A stretch of DNA of 63,894 bases, filler included, from Reticulomyxa filosa (lineage: Eukaryota > Protista > Foraminifera): the NCBI GenBank assembly GCA_000512085.1. It is 21 parts of 21 records of this genome, joined end to end, with 100 filler letters (N's around TTAATTAATTAA, not from the genome) between each part and the next. Parts side by side here need not be neighbours in the genome. Positions count along the whole stretch, not along the records: positions 1 to 2,509 come from ASPP01034135.1; positions 2,610 to 4,119 come from ASPP01047408.1; positions 4,220 to 15,221 come from ASPP01006199.1; 18 more parts are not named here. The stretch is one strand, 5' to 3'. Of the stretch, positions 1-13,600 are shown piece by piece. The translations under genes and the position numbers were made by a program. The notes under the pieces are model-generated. The model searched no databases. It saw only the letters and a list, made by a program, of their open reading frames with translations, and was not told the origin of the DNA. Positions within the stretch are counted from its first letter, which is position 1, and each line of letters opens with the position of its first letter.

Positions 1-809
1 TTTTTTTTTTTTTTTGATATAATGGTTTTGTGTGTGTTATCAATTACAGCCTCAACCCTCTATCAAAAAATGATAAAAAATTATATGTCCCAATCCCTTC
101 AAATAAAAACTTGGGGTTGAAGCAAAACCCGCAATCCAAAATAAAAAAAAGAGTTTGTATTTGTTTATTTTATTTTTTATTTTTAATAAAAAGTGTTTTT
201 GTGTTTTTGTGAATAGGCATGCCCCCATCAAAAAAAATTTATGTGTCCCCCCCCATGTGCAAAGATAAAAAAAAATATATATATTGAAATTAGAGCTTTT
301 AGCTCAGATGCAAAAAGTATGTTATTTTATTTTTTGCTTAAAAAATTAAAAAACTTTACTTTGTGGTATGTTTATAGGAGTCAAGATCATCACAAAATTG
401 GAAGTTTTTTTATTTTTGTTTTTATTTTTTATTTATACTTGAGATTAGAGGGATAGGGAGAGGATGGAAAAAATAGATTGGAAAAGGGAGTGAAAAAATA
501 GATTGGAAAAGGGGGGGAAAAAAATTAATTTGAAAAAATGTGGGGAAAAAATAAAGTGAAAAAAATAAATTGGAAAAAAAATTAATGTAAAAAGTGATTG
601 GAAAGGGGAAAAATAAATGATAAAATTTTATTTAAGAAGTTGAAAAAAATAAAAAAAAGAGTTCAAAATAAAAAAGAATGTTGTAAGATGAAAAATTAAA
701 AAAATGGCAATTTCAAAAAAAAGTAAAAAAAAAGAGAAGAAGAAAAAAATAAAAGGGAATAATGAAGGAAATGAAAAAGTAAAATGAAGAATAAAAAAGA
801 AAAAGAAAA

Positions 810-2509
810 ATCGAGTTGGTGCCAATTATCAACAAAGATAGCGACAAACTGCGATTTACAAATTTCAACGAACAATGAAAGATTGATGAACTAACCTATC
901 ATAGCGATCCAATGGAAGGTTCAAGCAGTATCAACCCGAAACATTGAAAAATGTGTTTAGCATCAACAAGGCGCACAAGTCTCTTCAAATAATTGTTGGA
1001 GCGTCACATCATCAAAGACGATGTCGAGCTGCGACTACTGGCGCCAACAAACAATCGAAACGGTCCTGTGCGTGAGCAAATTCTCAACAACGTGTATAAG
1101 CTGGAGGGGTGAGGGAGGACACCGAGCAACGAATCACCCAAGAAAAAGAAAAAAAAAGAAATGGTATCTCCACATCATTAAACCGCAATGGAAGAGTTGA
1201 TGTACTGAAAATATCCGCTCAAAGTTTGTCTTATCACAAGGTAGAGTTTTTTAACTACGAAGTCCATCACTATCGGGGACAATTAACAAGATTTTCTCAT
1301 ATCATCCCGGAAAATCGGATCTTGGTGCGTCATACAACGAAAGAAAGCTAATCAATAAGAAAAAAAAAAATGGTGATACGCGCAAAGTAGAAAAGACGTT
1401 GTCGCAACTGCAGCAGAGAAAAGTTGAAAGCAGTGAAGAAAAGAACATGGAGTTTGTAAAGAAATACTTACTCATCGAATCGAGAAAGCCACTACATTGG
1501 GAGAACATTCTCTATGAGAGTGGTTCAACTTGGTGGAGGAGTTGTGCGAAACTCCGTCAAATATTAGCAAGCAAGAAGATGGACATGAATAGGAGGAGAA
1601 GGAGGACGATACGATAAGAATTACCATATCACGCTGGACCTGTTAAAAAAAAAACAAAGAAACAAATTCGTTTGCCAGATTTACATAGTGTGATTATTTA
1701 TGGCTCTTCACGCCCGCGAGTGAAGATTTTGTGTTTCCAGACTTTACATAGAATGCGCCAATCAAAGATAACGCATAAGTTGTGGAGATATCTTACCGTG
1801 ATAAACCGAATAACTTAGCCATCAATACAGGTGCACACAAGTCTCTGGCGCTGTGCCACGTCAACAATTATCCCCAAAAAGGACATTGAACTGCGATTTA
1901 CAGGTTCCAACGAACAATAGGAACTTGGTTGTAATGGAAATGGCGCGTAACTACGCATGTCGAAACTAGCGCACTCGACCCTTGCAGGTATGATCTCCGG
2001 GATCGACTATGAACTAAAGACGGCGTGTTGGATGCGATGCAATACTTTGTATTGTTTGCATTATCCCAGTACTTGGAGAACAGTCTCAATTTGAGTTGTA
2101 TTCGAATCGACGTGGTTTTAAATTACAAATGGCATGGTGACTTTGGCGTACTCAAAAATCGCTTAGCCATAGTATCAAGAACGAATACGTCCAATAATGA
2201 AAAAGGAAATGCTAATAGTATCCTCCCTCGTTGAATCGCCAATCCAAATATAATCCAATGGATGCATAATGATGAATACAGAAATTTCTAATATTGACTA
2301 TGATCCAACGCAAATGTGTGTCCCTCATCATAAGAGCGACGAGAGTGGATGAACGTCATATTTAGAAAATATCCATCATATGAGGGCATTGGAATAGTTT
2401 CAAAAAAATTGTCCAGTTCAATTGCGAATAATATTTCTTTTTGATAAGCTTGCTTTCGTAGTCGGGCAGCATCAAGATCCAGAAAGAAAGACTTGGCGCA
2501 AAAAAAAAA
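810..2509 (+). pseudogene. Decayed member of an unknown internally repeated protein family (homologous to ~51250-54000)
   Basis: A motif translating roughly as II.K...ELRFTG.NEQ recurs at ~820, ~1000 and ~1860. Segment 2360-2490 (LENIHHMRALE*FQKNCPVQ) aligns with 53308-53430 (LENMHCMTALEKLKKIIPVQ). Many stops and frameshifts. Confidence 0.6.
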
Positions 2510-2609
2510 NNNNNNNNNNNNNNNNNNNNNNNNNNNNNNNNNNNNNNNNNNNNTTAATTAATTAANNNNNNNNNNNNNNNNNNNNNNNNNNNNNNNNNNN
2601 NNNNNNNNN
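2510..2609. other. Artificial contig-joining spacer (N-run + TTAATTAATTAA + N-run), first of 20
   Basis: The same 100-nt linker, with stops in all six frames, also occurs at 4120-4219, 15222-15321, 16647-16746, 29810-29909, 33344-33443, 34957-35056, 36271-36370, 39404-39503, 40716-40815, 42496-42595, 44580-44679, 46165-46264, 47749-47848, 49549-49648, 50833-50932, 56000-56099, 57913-58012, 59873-59972 and 61887-61986. Confidence 0.98.
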
Positions 2610-2639
2610 TATTAAATGATAAAATATTCACAATATTAA

Positions 2640-3460
2640 ATGAATTGAAGTCCGACGTGTCAGAGCCTGAAGAGCGATTTGTCTCGGTGCTTTCCAAAGA
2701 AAATATCGTTTGTGTTGTCATATCCTCCACGGTATAATGTTTATTTGAACAAAGAATAGACTTTTTTCTTTCTCTATCTGCTTTGCAAAGCCTTGACGTC
2801 TTTTAAAAATTTTTCAAAGGGGTGAGGGAAACTGGAGTAATGGTACAACTCTCTAACTAGGATGAAGTATATGACGTTTAGTATTTCCACTATAGTAAAT
2901 ACACAATGTCTCAATAACTCTCTTTTGAATGAAAGCTGTTTTGGTACATAAGTTTACTTGAAACTATAATTAAAACAAAAATAATGTGAGTTGCAATTCT
3001 GGTAGAATGAAGTGAATTGTAAATGATAGATGGGATTAAGTTTCATTTATTACAAACAAATTTTTTAAATGTACGTAAGAAACTTATGTGAACATATAAC
3101 ATTGATTTACAGTGCCATTGACATGTCGAAGATTACTTAAACTTGTATCACTTCGAAATTGCAATGCCCGTGTCTACAGTCGATAAATGTATTGTTAGCT
3201 GACTTGTTTACTTGTGACAGTTTTTTATTTAAATATATATTATGTTATTATTAGTTTACGTTAGGGTCAATGCCACAGTTGAAGTCAAACACGCTTGAAT
3301 CATTCGCGGGAAAGTTCCGCTCCCAAGCAGATCTGCAGTGAGTCGAGCGTATCCATTCACTGTTTGAGAGAACATAGTTGCTGCTACTATTCCAAAAGGC
3401 CACTTGTCCAGTCACGCATTAGCACAACAAATGCCGTCACAAATACAAAGAGCATTGGTC
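2640..3460 (-). pseudogene. Possible decayed secreted-protein gene
   Basis: The minus strand reads MLFVFVTAFVVLMRDWTSG, then after a frameshift FWNSSSNYVLSNSEWIRSTHCRSAWERNFPANDSSVFDFNCGIDPN. Further exon-like GC-richer blocks carry stops. No family recognised. Confidence 0.3.
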
Positions 3461-3701
3461 ATTTCATGTCTTAACTTTCAAACTATCTGTTTCCTCCTCC
3501 AGCTCCTACGTTTTTTACTCAAATATAGTTTATTCACTCCTAATAATTTTCAAAAGAAACAACAGAATTGCAAATATAAACATACGTTTTGAAATAGTGT
3601 TACTTTTTCAAAGAAAATAAAACCTAGTAAAAAACAGTGAGTATTTCGCACGTGTGAAATCTCTTTAAAAAAGTAGTAACTTCAAAAAAGAACTCTATCT
3701 C

Positions 3702-4119
3702 ATGTCTACTCAAGTCAACAACTTTCAAACTTTGCCTGAATTACCAAAACCATTCGCAGATGCACAATGTATTTTGTTCAAGGAAGAGCTTCTTATTTGT
3801 GGAGGCAAACAAATTAACGACTGTTACTCGTACCATACTCTGAAAAAACAATACAAATACATCTGCTCTTATCCCAATGACGCTAAAATATATGGACATT
3901 GTATCATTCAATTGAATCATCCACAAACCAATCCCAATGAAATTGATTTGTTATCTTTTGGAGGACAAGATGAAGATATAATGAAACAAACATTTTCAAT
4001 GAAATATAAAAGTGTTTGGGAAATTACTGATCATAATAACAATACTAATCAGAGTGACTCCAAATATGACAATACTTCCATTTCTCAACCTTTCAATACT
4101 TGGATACAACATAATCAAG
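3702..4119 (+). CDS. Kelch-repeat (beta-propeller) family protein, N-terminal part, truncated by contig end
   Basis: ATG-initiated ORF with Kelch signatures: LPELPKPF..AQCILFKEELLICGG, CYSYHTLKKQYKYICSYP, GHCII, LLSFGG. Confidence 0.85.
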
Positions 4120-4637
4120 NNNNNNNNNNNNNNNNNNNNNNNNNNNNNNNNNNNNNNNNNNNNTTAATTAATTAANNNNNNNNNNNNNNNNNNNNNNNNN
4201 NNNNNNNNNNNNNNNNNNNTCGAAACTACCAAAACAAAACTACTTGTTAAAGGTACAACTTTATTTTCCATTTTTTTTTAAAAACCTGAGACATGTACTA
4301 CGATATCAATGTTTTCTTTTTTTAAATTTTTTAATCAATTATCGAATTAAATCAGTTACATCGTGTATAAAGTGTACAAGTCTGTCCTTTAGTGTTTTTA
4401 GAAAGTGTGAGTCGTCTTCAATGCCGAACTTTAAGATTGATGAAGGCAGCAAAAGTTTAACGTAAATTTGCAAATAAACTTTTTGGCTGTCGATGTACTT
4501 TAACACATTAGAGTTTAAGTAATGAAAGAAGATGAGGTTAGAGCAAAAGAACAGAAAACATTTAATAAAATGTACTAAATTTTTTTGATCTTGTGAACCA
4601 ATCTTTTGCAAAAAAAGATAAATTAATGCTTTGAACT

Positions 4638-6257
4638 TTACAATTTTGCCTGTCTAGTGACAAAGTCCAATAAAATTTCTTCACTGCCACCAGCAATCGC
4701 TTGTGATCTGACAATGCGATATATGCGGTCAATGACAGCACCACGTCCGGTTCGAACGTAACTTCTACCACCAAAGATTTGGCTGGCTTCAATGACAACT
4801 TGTTGCAACATCCGGCTGGATTGTACTTTTAACAATGCGATATTGCGGGGAATGCTTTTATCTTTTTGGCCGAGTCGGTCATGTTGGATTTGATAAGCTG
4901 TTCGTTCCAAGAAAGCATGCGTGGCCAATACCAGACGACTCATTTCTGCAATTTTGTGTCGAATTACTTGATGTGACGACAGTTTTTTTCCAAAAGTTTC
5001 GCGTTCTCTCGCCCATTGGATCGATTCCTCGACGCACAGTCGCCCAGCGGCCACACAGCTACAAGCAATAATAAATCTTTCATTATTGAATCCATACATC
5101 ACAATTTTGAATCCTTCGTTCACTTCACCAATCACATTCTCAACGGGCACTTTCACATCTTTGAAAGTCACCTGAGCCGTTTCACTCATCTCCGACCCTT
5201 CATTTGGTTGTTTATTTTTTGTGTACGTATGTACGTATACCCTATCGTTATTAAAAGAAAAAAGGACCAATAATTAAATTATTTTAAGTGGTTAACCTTG
5301 TAGTGGGATCTTGTCAGTAAATACGCCTTCTTGACGAGGGACCAATATTAACGTCAAGCCTTTATATCCCTTGCCACTGGTTCGTACCAATGTTACAAAA
5401 TAATCCGCCCAACCCCCAAATGTAATCCAATACTTTCCTTTTTTTTTTTTTTGTTAAGACAAAGGAGAAAAAAAAGTTTATTTGTACATATTAGATATAA
5501 CTTTTTTCCCCTCGTTAAAATTTTTTTTTTGAAGTTTAATAAACTACAATTAATATAATACAAACCTCCGTTGATAATGTAATACTGCTTGTTATCATTT
5601 GGATCAGTCACCAACACGGCCTGTGTGGCGATCTGTGCAACGTCACTGCCACCACGCAACTCGCTAATGGCTAATGAGATCACTTTCTCTCCACTGACCA
5701 CTTCCCGTACGCACTGCTTGTGGATCGCGTTCTTCCCAAAAAATAACACAGGTGGTAATGACTGTTCACAAATTAATATTATTTTCAAAAAGCACATAAT
5801 TTTATTGCAAAGGGAAGGGAAAAGGTCTTTTTTTTTTTTTTGTTTTCCCCTCTGGAAACATTTCTCTCCCCTTGCCCCCCTTTTCTGCTTACAAATGTCT
5901 CTATTAAAGTCGTCTTTTAACCATATTGTGGATCCACAAGGAATTCACTCCTCCTGCTTTCACCATTTCTTGAGCAAACACGATGGAGTAGAAAGGGTCC
6001 CATTTGTATCCTTTCCATTCCGTTTCTCCCAAGCCCCATGGGAACATAAATATTCCACCATGAGCGGCCACTTTTTTCAATAAATCACGAGGTATTTTCC
6101 CATCCTGCTCCCATTTCTGGTAGTACGGCAAGATCTCTTTTTCCACAAACACCCTCACGTGCTTTCGAAAGGCTGCATGTCCTTCATTATAATAGGGAGA
6201 CACTTGATTTTCGAAATCCAGCAATGTTGGAGTATTTCCCTTTTTTTCAGTTGCCAT
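4638..6257 (-). CDS. Acyl-CoA dehydrogenase (LCAD-type catalytic Glu) with C-terminal PTS1 (AKL); 4 exons
   Basis: Exons 6257-5922, 5761-5566, 5437-5297 and 5197-4638 splice in frame via GT-AG. Motifs: LAISELRGGSDVA, NGGKYWITFGG, FKDVKVPVENVIG, FNNERF, RETFGKKL, QIFGGRSY, AIAGGSEEI. Ends RQAKL*. Confidence 0.95.
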
Positions 6258-7581
6258 TTCTTTTCTATCTTGCTCTTATAGACGCTGAAATGAAAGAGGG
6301 GACCGCAAGAGTTTTTGTCCTAAGAAGAACGTCACAAAACTGTCTTAGTGTACTTCTGTTTTGGTAATGTAACATTAAAAACTAAAGTTACATGTTAAAA
6401 AGAACAGAAAACTAGTGAACGAAAAATAACGCCAAAAAAAAATGGTCAAAAAGGAAAGAAAAAAATCTAGTTTGTTTTTATTACTTCAACTTAGCCACTC
6501 ATATTGAAATTATAAGAAATGTTGGTGAAATATCAAGTGAAAGAACTTCCTAAAAAAGGAAAAAGACTTGGCTGTAGCACAAACAAGCACAAAGGGCAAA
6601 TAAATCTGGAAATACAGTAAAAGTAATTGAAAAGTAATTATCACGTTCCAGGCATAAATAAAGAAAAGGTGATTGAATTCTTATATCCCTTTATACAGTA
6701 AATAATTGAAAGCAAATTATACGCATGTATAAAATTGATTATTCTATTATTTTAAAAAGTTTTGTTTCAAAACTGTACTTCAAATTTTTTTCTTTGTACG
6801 TATGATTATAAATTTGACATAAGTTTTTTTGTTATAAAAGCTAATGAACATCACCAAATGGTTGCAATACTTTAATTGTTGAAGAAGTAAAGAAAATACA
6901 ATATTGGAACTTATGCATTCTGAGATATTAAAGAAGATGAAGATTTTTGAGTTTATTGACTGATATAAAAGAATTAATATAAACTAGTACATAAGTAAAG
7001 TAATAGTTATATATTTTCAAAGTTTTATTTTTATAATTTTTTTACGTATAAATTCAAATTTTTGATTTGTTATTTATAACAATTGACGACAACAATTCTG
7101 ATGTAGATTATATACAATGTGTTAAAATATATGTAGTTAAGTCAAGTTGCACTTTATTCACAGACTAGTATATATTTTTTATATTATATAGTAAGCAAAT
7201 CGAGTTTTCGACGTCAGCTTCTTGTTCAATGTTTGTGTGTTTGATGAAAAAAGTTGTAGATTACATGCAAATGAAATTATATTTATGTCGTACGCAATAC
7301 TGACGATAATATCAAATCATATTAGAATGGTAGTTGGACTTATGCAAATTTTTTTTTTTGTAAGTTTAGTTTAGTAAAAGTAGGATCAAAGACATTATTT
7401 TTTCGTTTAAAGAAAATATCATAATAAAAGTATATTCTTTTCAAAGCTATGTTAAATAGAATACAGCAAAATGTAACATCATGTTGTATTTTCTAATTTT
7501 TAGAAAGAAGACAAATGTTTGTATATTGACCCCTCTTTGCTCTTTCAAAAGATAATCTTCCATATATCTTGTGTTTGAAAT

Positions 7582-10500
7582 ATGTCAGAGCCTGAAGAGA
7601 CTGAGAAAGTGCATTTACAAGAATGGTTTAATGGTTTGAATGAAGCAACGCAGCATGTGCTGATAACAAAGGCACTGGAAGAAGATAGCTTAGAGTTTAA
7701 CTCGTTGGTCGAAATGATGTTGAAGCACAAAACCTATGACAAAGAGCAAATCCCAACGTTTCGAATATTTGTAAAATCATTGAAGAGTCTGACGGAAGAT
7801 ATGCCCAACAAAAAAGAGGAAAAAGAAGCAAAGCAGGACAACACAGCAAAAGCAGGAGGCAGTATAAAAAGCCCAACGACAACCACAGCGCTAAAGACGA
7901 GCGACACAGCAAAAGCAGAGACGAACAAAAAGGCTTCTGACAAAAAGATACCTTCGACCAACACCAGCACAAGGTCCAAGTCGCAAGGTGCCGCCCTGTC
8001 ATCGAGAGGAAGTGTGAAAGAAGTGTCCAAGGGGACGAAAGCATCAAATGTACCAAAAGGATCGAACGTACCGATTACAAGGGTGAGGATGTTGTGTGTG
8101 TGTGTGTGTGTATGTTTAAAGTCATTGAAAATACGTATACACTTGAAGACATATTTTACACTTATGAGTATGAGTATACGTATTTCAAAAAAAAAAAAAA
8201 GGCAAAAAGCAAAGGAGAAGTGTTGGCAGTAACAATAACCCCCGCTTCGCCACAAGACGATGCAAGAGGACGAGCAAAGATAAAAAAGAAGGGGACACTA
8301 CCACAACCACAGCCACAACCACAGCCACGTCAGCACCAAAGAAGTCAACAACATCAGCAACAGCAACAGCAACAGCAACATCAGCATCAGCATCAGCATC
8401 AGCATCAAGACCATCAACAACAACAAAAGTGGGTAGAGACAATAGCGCGGATTCAAACAAAAAGACAAGTGGCAACGACAAAGGAGAAACGGAAGGGACA
8501 AAGGACAAAACAACAGAAAAGAAGTCGTCGTCGTGGAGCCCTGCTCCGTGGTACAAACAAAACTTGACAGAGAAGCTCAGCGACTTTTGGGAGGAGAAAG
8601 AAGCCTCGCACATGCGTGGCAAATGGAACCACGACGTGGATCGACTGAAGACGACGCCCAAAGTGGCCACGGCGGTGATGCGATTCAGCCCCTCGCCCGA
8701 CCGCAGCAGATACGCAGGACTGCAGCGTACGTATCACGGCAAAGGTCGCAAGCGTCCGCGCAAAAATGTACCCAAGCCTAAGAACATCAAGTTCCGTGCG
8801 CTTCAGCGCGCCACCGATTATGGAGGAGGCGAAGGGGGGCAGCACCAACGAATAGAAGGGACCGGCGGAGAGGGTGGCCAGCACAGTGGTACGACCGGTG
8901 CAGGAGGAGGTGAAGGAGCAGACCCCAATGCTGGTAATAAGGTTAGTGGTACCGGTGGAAATGGAGGGGTCGATGAAAAGAAGTCTGGGACAGGAGGTGA
9001 TGAAGGCGAACATAAAGTTAATTTTTTCTATTTGGAGAACAAAGTGATACAAAAGGGGGGGGGGGAGGGGGAAAAAAAAAGATTGACTCTGGATTCATCA
9101 TACCAAAAAAAAAATATATATATATATACGTACATATGTATATATAACATTAACATTAACAAAAAAATATATCGTAATGTTTGCTTGTGATTAGAAAATA
9201 TCGAAAAAAGCAAAATTCAAAAAAAAACTAGCCATCAATGAAGCCGTTCGAGCCGCAGAACGCAACGAAGATGCCATTGCGGTGAACTTGGACAACATGC
9301 GAAACAAACCCGACTTTGACAAGATGATAACGTACAACATCAATTGGCTCGCCAACTTGGCCAACAATCCCTTCAATGTCGATTACATCATCCAACAAGG
9401 GGCCATTGACACCATTGCCGAAATCATGAAACATCACAAAAACAACCCCGCCATCATGAAGGACGTGGCTCGACTGCTCGACTGCATCGCCAAGTCCAAG
9501 CCCGAACACGCCGATTTGGTACTGCACTCGTCCATCATTGACCAGTGCTTGGCCACATTGCGCGACTTCCCCAATGAGTGTGGCATTTATGCTCTCGACA
9601 TTTTGGATTCCATCTTGGATGGTTGCAGCGACCCCCATCAAATGGTCGACATCCTCGTTGACAAGAACGCACTGCCCATTTTGTGCGACGCCTTGGACGA
9701 GTTTGGAGAGGAAAACTCCAAATTGGCCGCCGCCATTACAAAGCATTTGACCAAGCAAGCCAAATGGAAGCCAGAGACAATGGATTGGATGGGAGAAAAC
9801 GAACTGTTTTTGCCGATTTTGCGAGCCATGCGTGAGCATCCCGATAATGAGGAATTGGGTTTTTACGGATGTCACATTTTGCCGGTATACATTTTTTTTT
9901 CTCTTTGATATGTATATATTTATTTTATTTAATTCAGTAGTAATGAATAATAATAATAATAATAATAATGTTTTGATTTGATTTAATTATATTTATTTAA
10001 AAAAAAATAAAAAAAGGATATTGCATTGCGCAACAATAAGTATCTACAAGCCATGAAAGACAAAGACGTAGTGCCAATAATTTGCGGTGTGATGTCCGAA
10101 ACACCCGAGTCCGAGCGACTACAACAAGCGGGAGTGCGGGCATTGAAAGTGTTTGCCGACCGAGACGATCTGCTGGATGCCCTGAAGGTCGTGTTCAACT
10201 TTGACAAGTTTGACTATCCGATATTGAACGAGGGACTGATCATCGTTGGGAACTTGGTGCTGCTCCCAGAACATGCCGACTTTGTGACGTCCAAAGGCGG
10301 CGTCAATGTCCTCTTGAATTGCATCACGGCAAAAGACAACGCGGCGAACCAAAGCTTTGAAGACTTGGACATTATCGCCAAAGCGACGAGGACCTTGGGT
10401 CGACTGCTGGGCAACGAGGAATCTGCTCGGAACTTTAGCAACGCCAGAGGACTCGACCACTTTGAACATTTGGTCGACAAGTATAGCGACGAAGAGCCCA

Positions 10501-10620
10501 TCCTAAATGCAGTAATGGAAGCATTGGAGTATTTGGTGAAAACACCAAACGGACAAGAACAAATTCTGGAAAGTGGTATTTTGACACTAGTCACAGAAGT
10601 ATTGGCAGTTGTGTGCATCT

Positions 10621-10651
<31 letters not shown>

Positions 10652-13600
10652 TCTATTATTTATTTGTATTGTTTGTTAACTCTTAAATCTCTCAATACAA
10701 ATACAAACGCAAATACAAATGCAAATACAATTAGGAAAATCCAGAGTATAATATCATGTTCCGAAGATATGCCAAATTGATGGGCTATCTGCCTTTGGAC
10801 AACCAAGAATTCTTGGGCGGCTTAATTGATGCCGGCATGTTGAACTGCATCACCGATAACTTGACGCATCACATGGACAAGCGCAATGATGTAATGGCGT
10901 CCTCCGACTTGATCTGCGACTTGGCGACGTTGCACCCGAGCTTGTCCGGACAACTGGCCGAGGCAGACGCGTCTCCACTGATCGCCGCGATGAAGACCCA
11001 TCAAAACGACGCGGAGACCATGAAGCACATCTTTGATGCCATCGAAGCGCTGGTCGCCGGAGACCCGTCCTTACGTGAGCTGTTCGAAAAGGCAGGAATG
11101 GACTTTGAGTTGGACAAAATGTTGAAAAGCGAAAACACGTCATTGCAGATGAAAGAGATGATTCAAGAGTTTTTGGACCGCTTGAATGCATTGAAGGCAA
11201 AGCCTGCAGAACCCGAAGAAAATCGACGAGACCAATTGTTACGTGAGCTCAAAGAGTTGTACGATCAATTGGACGATCTGCAATTTGCAGAGCAGTTTAT
11301 TCAGGAAGGCAAAGTTGTTGGAGTGTTAGACGGTTTGTTATTTATTTATTTTTATTTATTTATATTGTCATTATTGCTATTGCTATTGCTATTGCTATTG
11401 TTATTTTGTGTTCTTTTGGGAAACAATAGGAATCCAAGAGTATTACGATGATGCCGAAATCGTGGAATGGGGTCTCAAAGACTTGGCAAAGATTGCACGC
11501 GTGCCAAACAGCTTTCCAACGATCGAAGAGGCAGGACTCGCTGAAGCAGTTGTCCAATGCATGCTGGAACATCCTGGTGTGATCGAAGTTCAACTCGAGG
11601 GCTTCAAAGTGTTCAGCGGATTGGCACAACAGAACGACAACAACATACCCGATATATTGATGCAGCCAATTACTTTGGATACGCTATTGAAAGGCGTCGA
11701 AGACAACATTATCAGTTCCATTTTTGTCGGCGAGTTTTGCAACATTGTCGAGGGACTGTTGAAATCCAATCCAAATGATGCTTACAATGTTGCCAGCGCT
11801 TTACAAGCAGAAGGTGTGTTTTTATTTACCTTTGTTACTATTATTATTATTATTATAACAAATATTAAACAAATTAAACATAGGCGTGACTGAGGTGTTG
11901 GAAGATGCATTGGATATTCATAAACAACAAACACCGCAATTGGTTCCTAGAATTGAAGAAGTGCTCGGATATCTGAAACACTTGCTCACGCCGATCGATG
12001 CGAAGATGAATGTGGACATGGATCTCGAACCTTATGGCACAGCGGTGTTGACTATGGCCCAATTGGGCAATCTCGACGAAGAAGAGTTGATAAAACTCAT
12101 GTCTTCGTGGGACACGGATCAATTGATGAAAACGATGCGAGAAGCCAAAGACCCCATGCTGGTCCAATGGAGTGTCAATGAGGTCAATCGACGACTCAAT
12201 GGCGGTGATCAAGATGTTCACACTGCCATGGTAGGTGGTGGCATTGATGCGTTGTTGGATCAAGCGCACGCTCATTTTGATAACGAAGGTCCTTTGGGTG
12301 CCGCCTTGGACACACTGGGAACATTAGCTAACGAGGAGAGATTGAAACCAATGTTGGGAATGATTGGTTTGATTCAAGTTTAGCTTTTTTTTATTTTTTA
12401 AAAAAGAAAATTTTATATATATATATACAACTTATCAAAAAAAAAAAAAAAATTAGTTGATATTAGAAACAATGCGTGCTCATCCCCATGACATCGAGCT
12501 ATTGGATCGTTGCTGTTATTTGCTGTCACTTTTGACCTACAACAATGAGGACAACATCAACCAAGTCATCGAGTTGAGTGGCATTGCCGATATTCTCAAC
12601 GTCATCAAACGACACAATGTTGTCAACTTTTTGTGTGGATCCGCGCTTTTGGTGTTGGTAAACTTGTGTCATCGATCAGACAAAAACAAAGTTTTGAATT
12701 GTATTTGTTTATTTGTATATTTATTATTTTTTATTATTCTTAGGTTTAAAACTTTTTGAATATATGTGTGTGTGTGTGTGTGTGTGCATAAATAATAAAG
12801 GTGTTGATATGCCGAAGTGGCGGTGCAAAAGTAAGCATCGATTGCTTGGTGCAATACAGCCATTGTCGAACTACCGATGACGAAAATGTGGTCGTCGCGG
12901 CCCTTCGATGTTTGGCCAACTTTGGATTTGTCGAGGAAAACCTGAAGCAATTGATCAAACTGAACACCGTGCACTTGATCATGGACACGATGCAGCGAAA
13001 CACAGACAAGACTGCGCTGATCCAAATGGGTGTCGTGACGCTAGCAAACTTGAGCAGTCACGAGCGAGCAGTACGTATACTAGTCTCGTTGGGAGTGATG
13101 GATCTGGCCATCAACGTGTCAAAAGGATATCCTGACGAAATTGAAATCCAAAAGTCATGTTTGGGATGTATCGGCAATTTGGTGAGCGAGCCGGCGAATG
13201 TGGTTTTGTTCATGGACAAGAGCGGACACTTGCGATTATACGAAATCATGCGAGATCTGTTGTTCGAAGAGCCCGTCGTCGTCTTGTGTTTAAAGCTATT
13301 GAAAATCCTGGCCGTGAGTTCTGACGCAGCAAACAAGCTTTGCAGCAGCGGTGGATGTGGCGTGGTCACTCAACTGTTGAATGACAATATCAACAACACC
13401 TCTATCATCATGTTGGGATGTCAGGCTTTGTGTCGAATGATCGTCACAAAGGAGACTGCCAAGGAAATGTATTCACAAGGTATTTCTATTGATACGTCAT
13501 TTTAGCATATACATATATGCATTTAAACTATAACTAATAACACAAAATATTATAAAATGAACACAGGTGTCATCGATCTAATGATTCAGATTTCAACAGA

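Noticed and set aside
1-810. Short ORFs and G/A-run sequence at the window start as coding or telomeric
   Set aside because: Low-complexity, error-rich contig end with no regular telomeric unit or protein motif.
2653-7599. 17-nt exact match tgtcagagcctgaagag near 2653 and 7583
   Set aside because: No flanking similarity; plausible by chance in a window this size.
8094-8567. Poly-Q/QH ORF as a separate gene
   Set aside because: It is an alternative frame of the CAG/CAA-rich low-complexity exon 2 of the ARM-PH gene.
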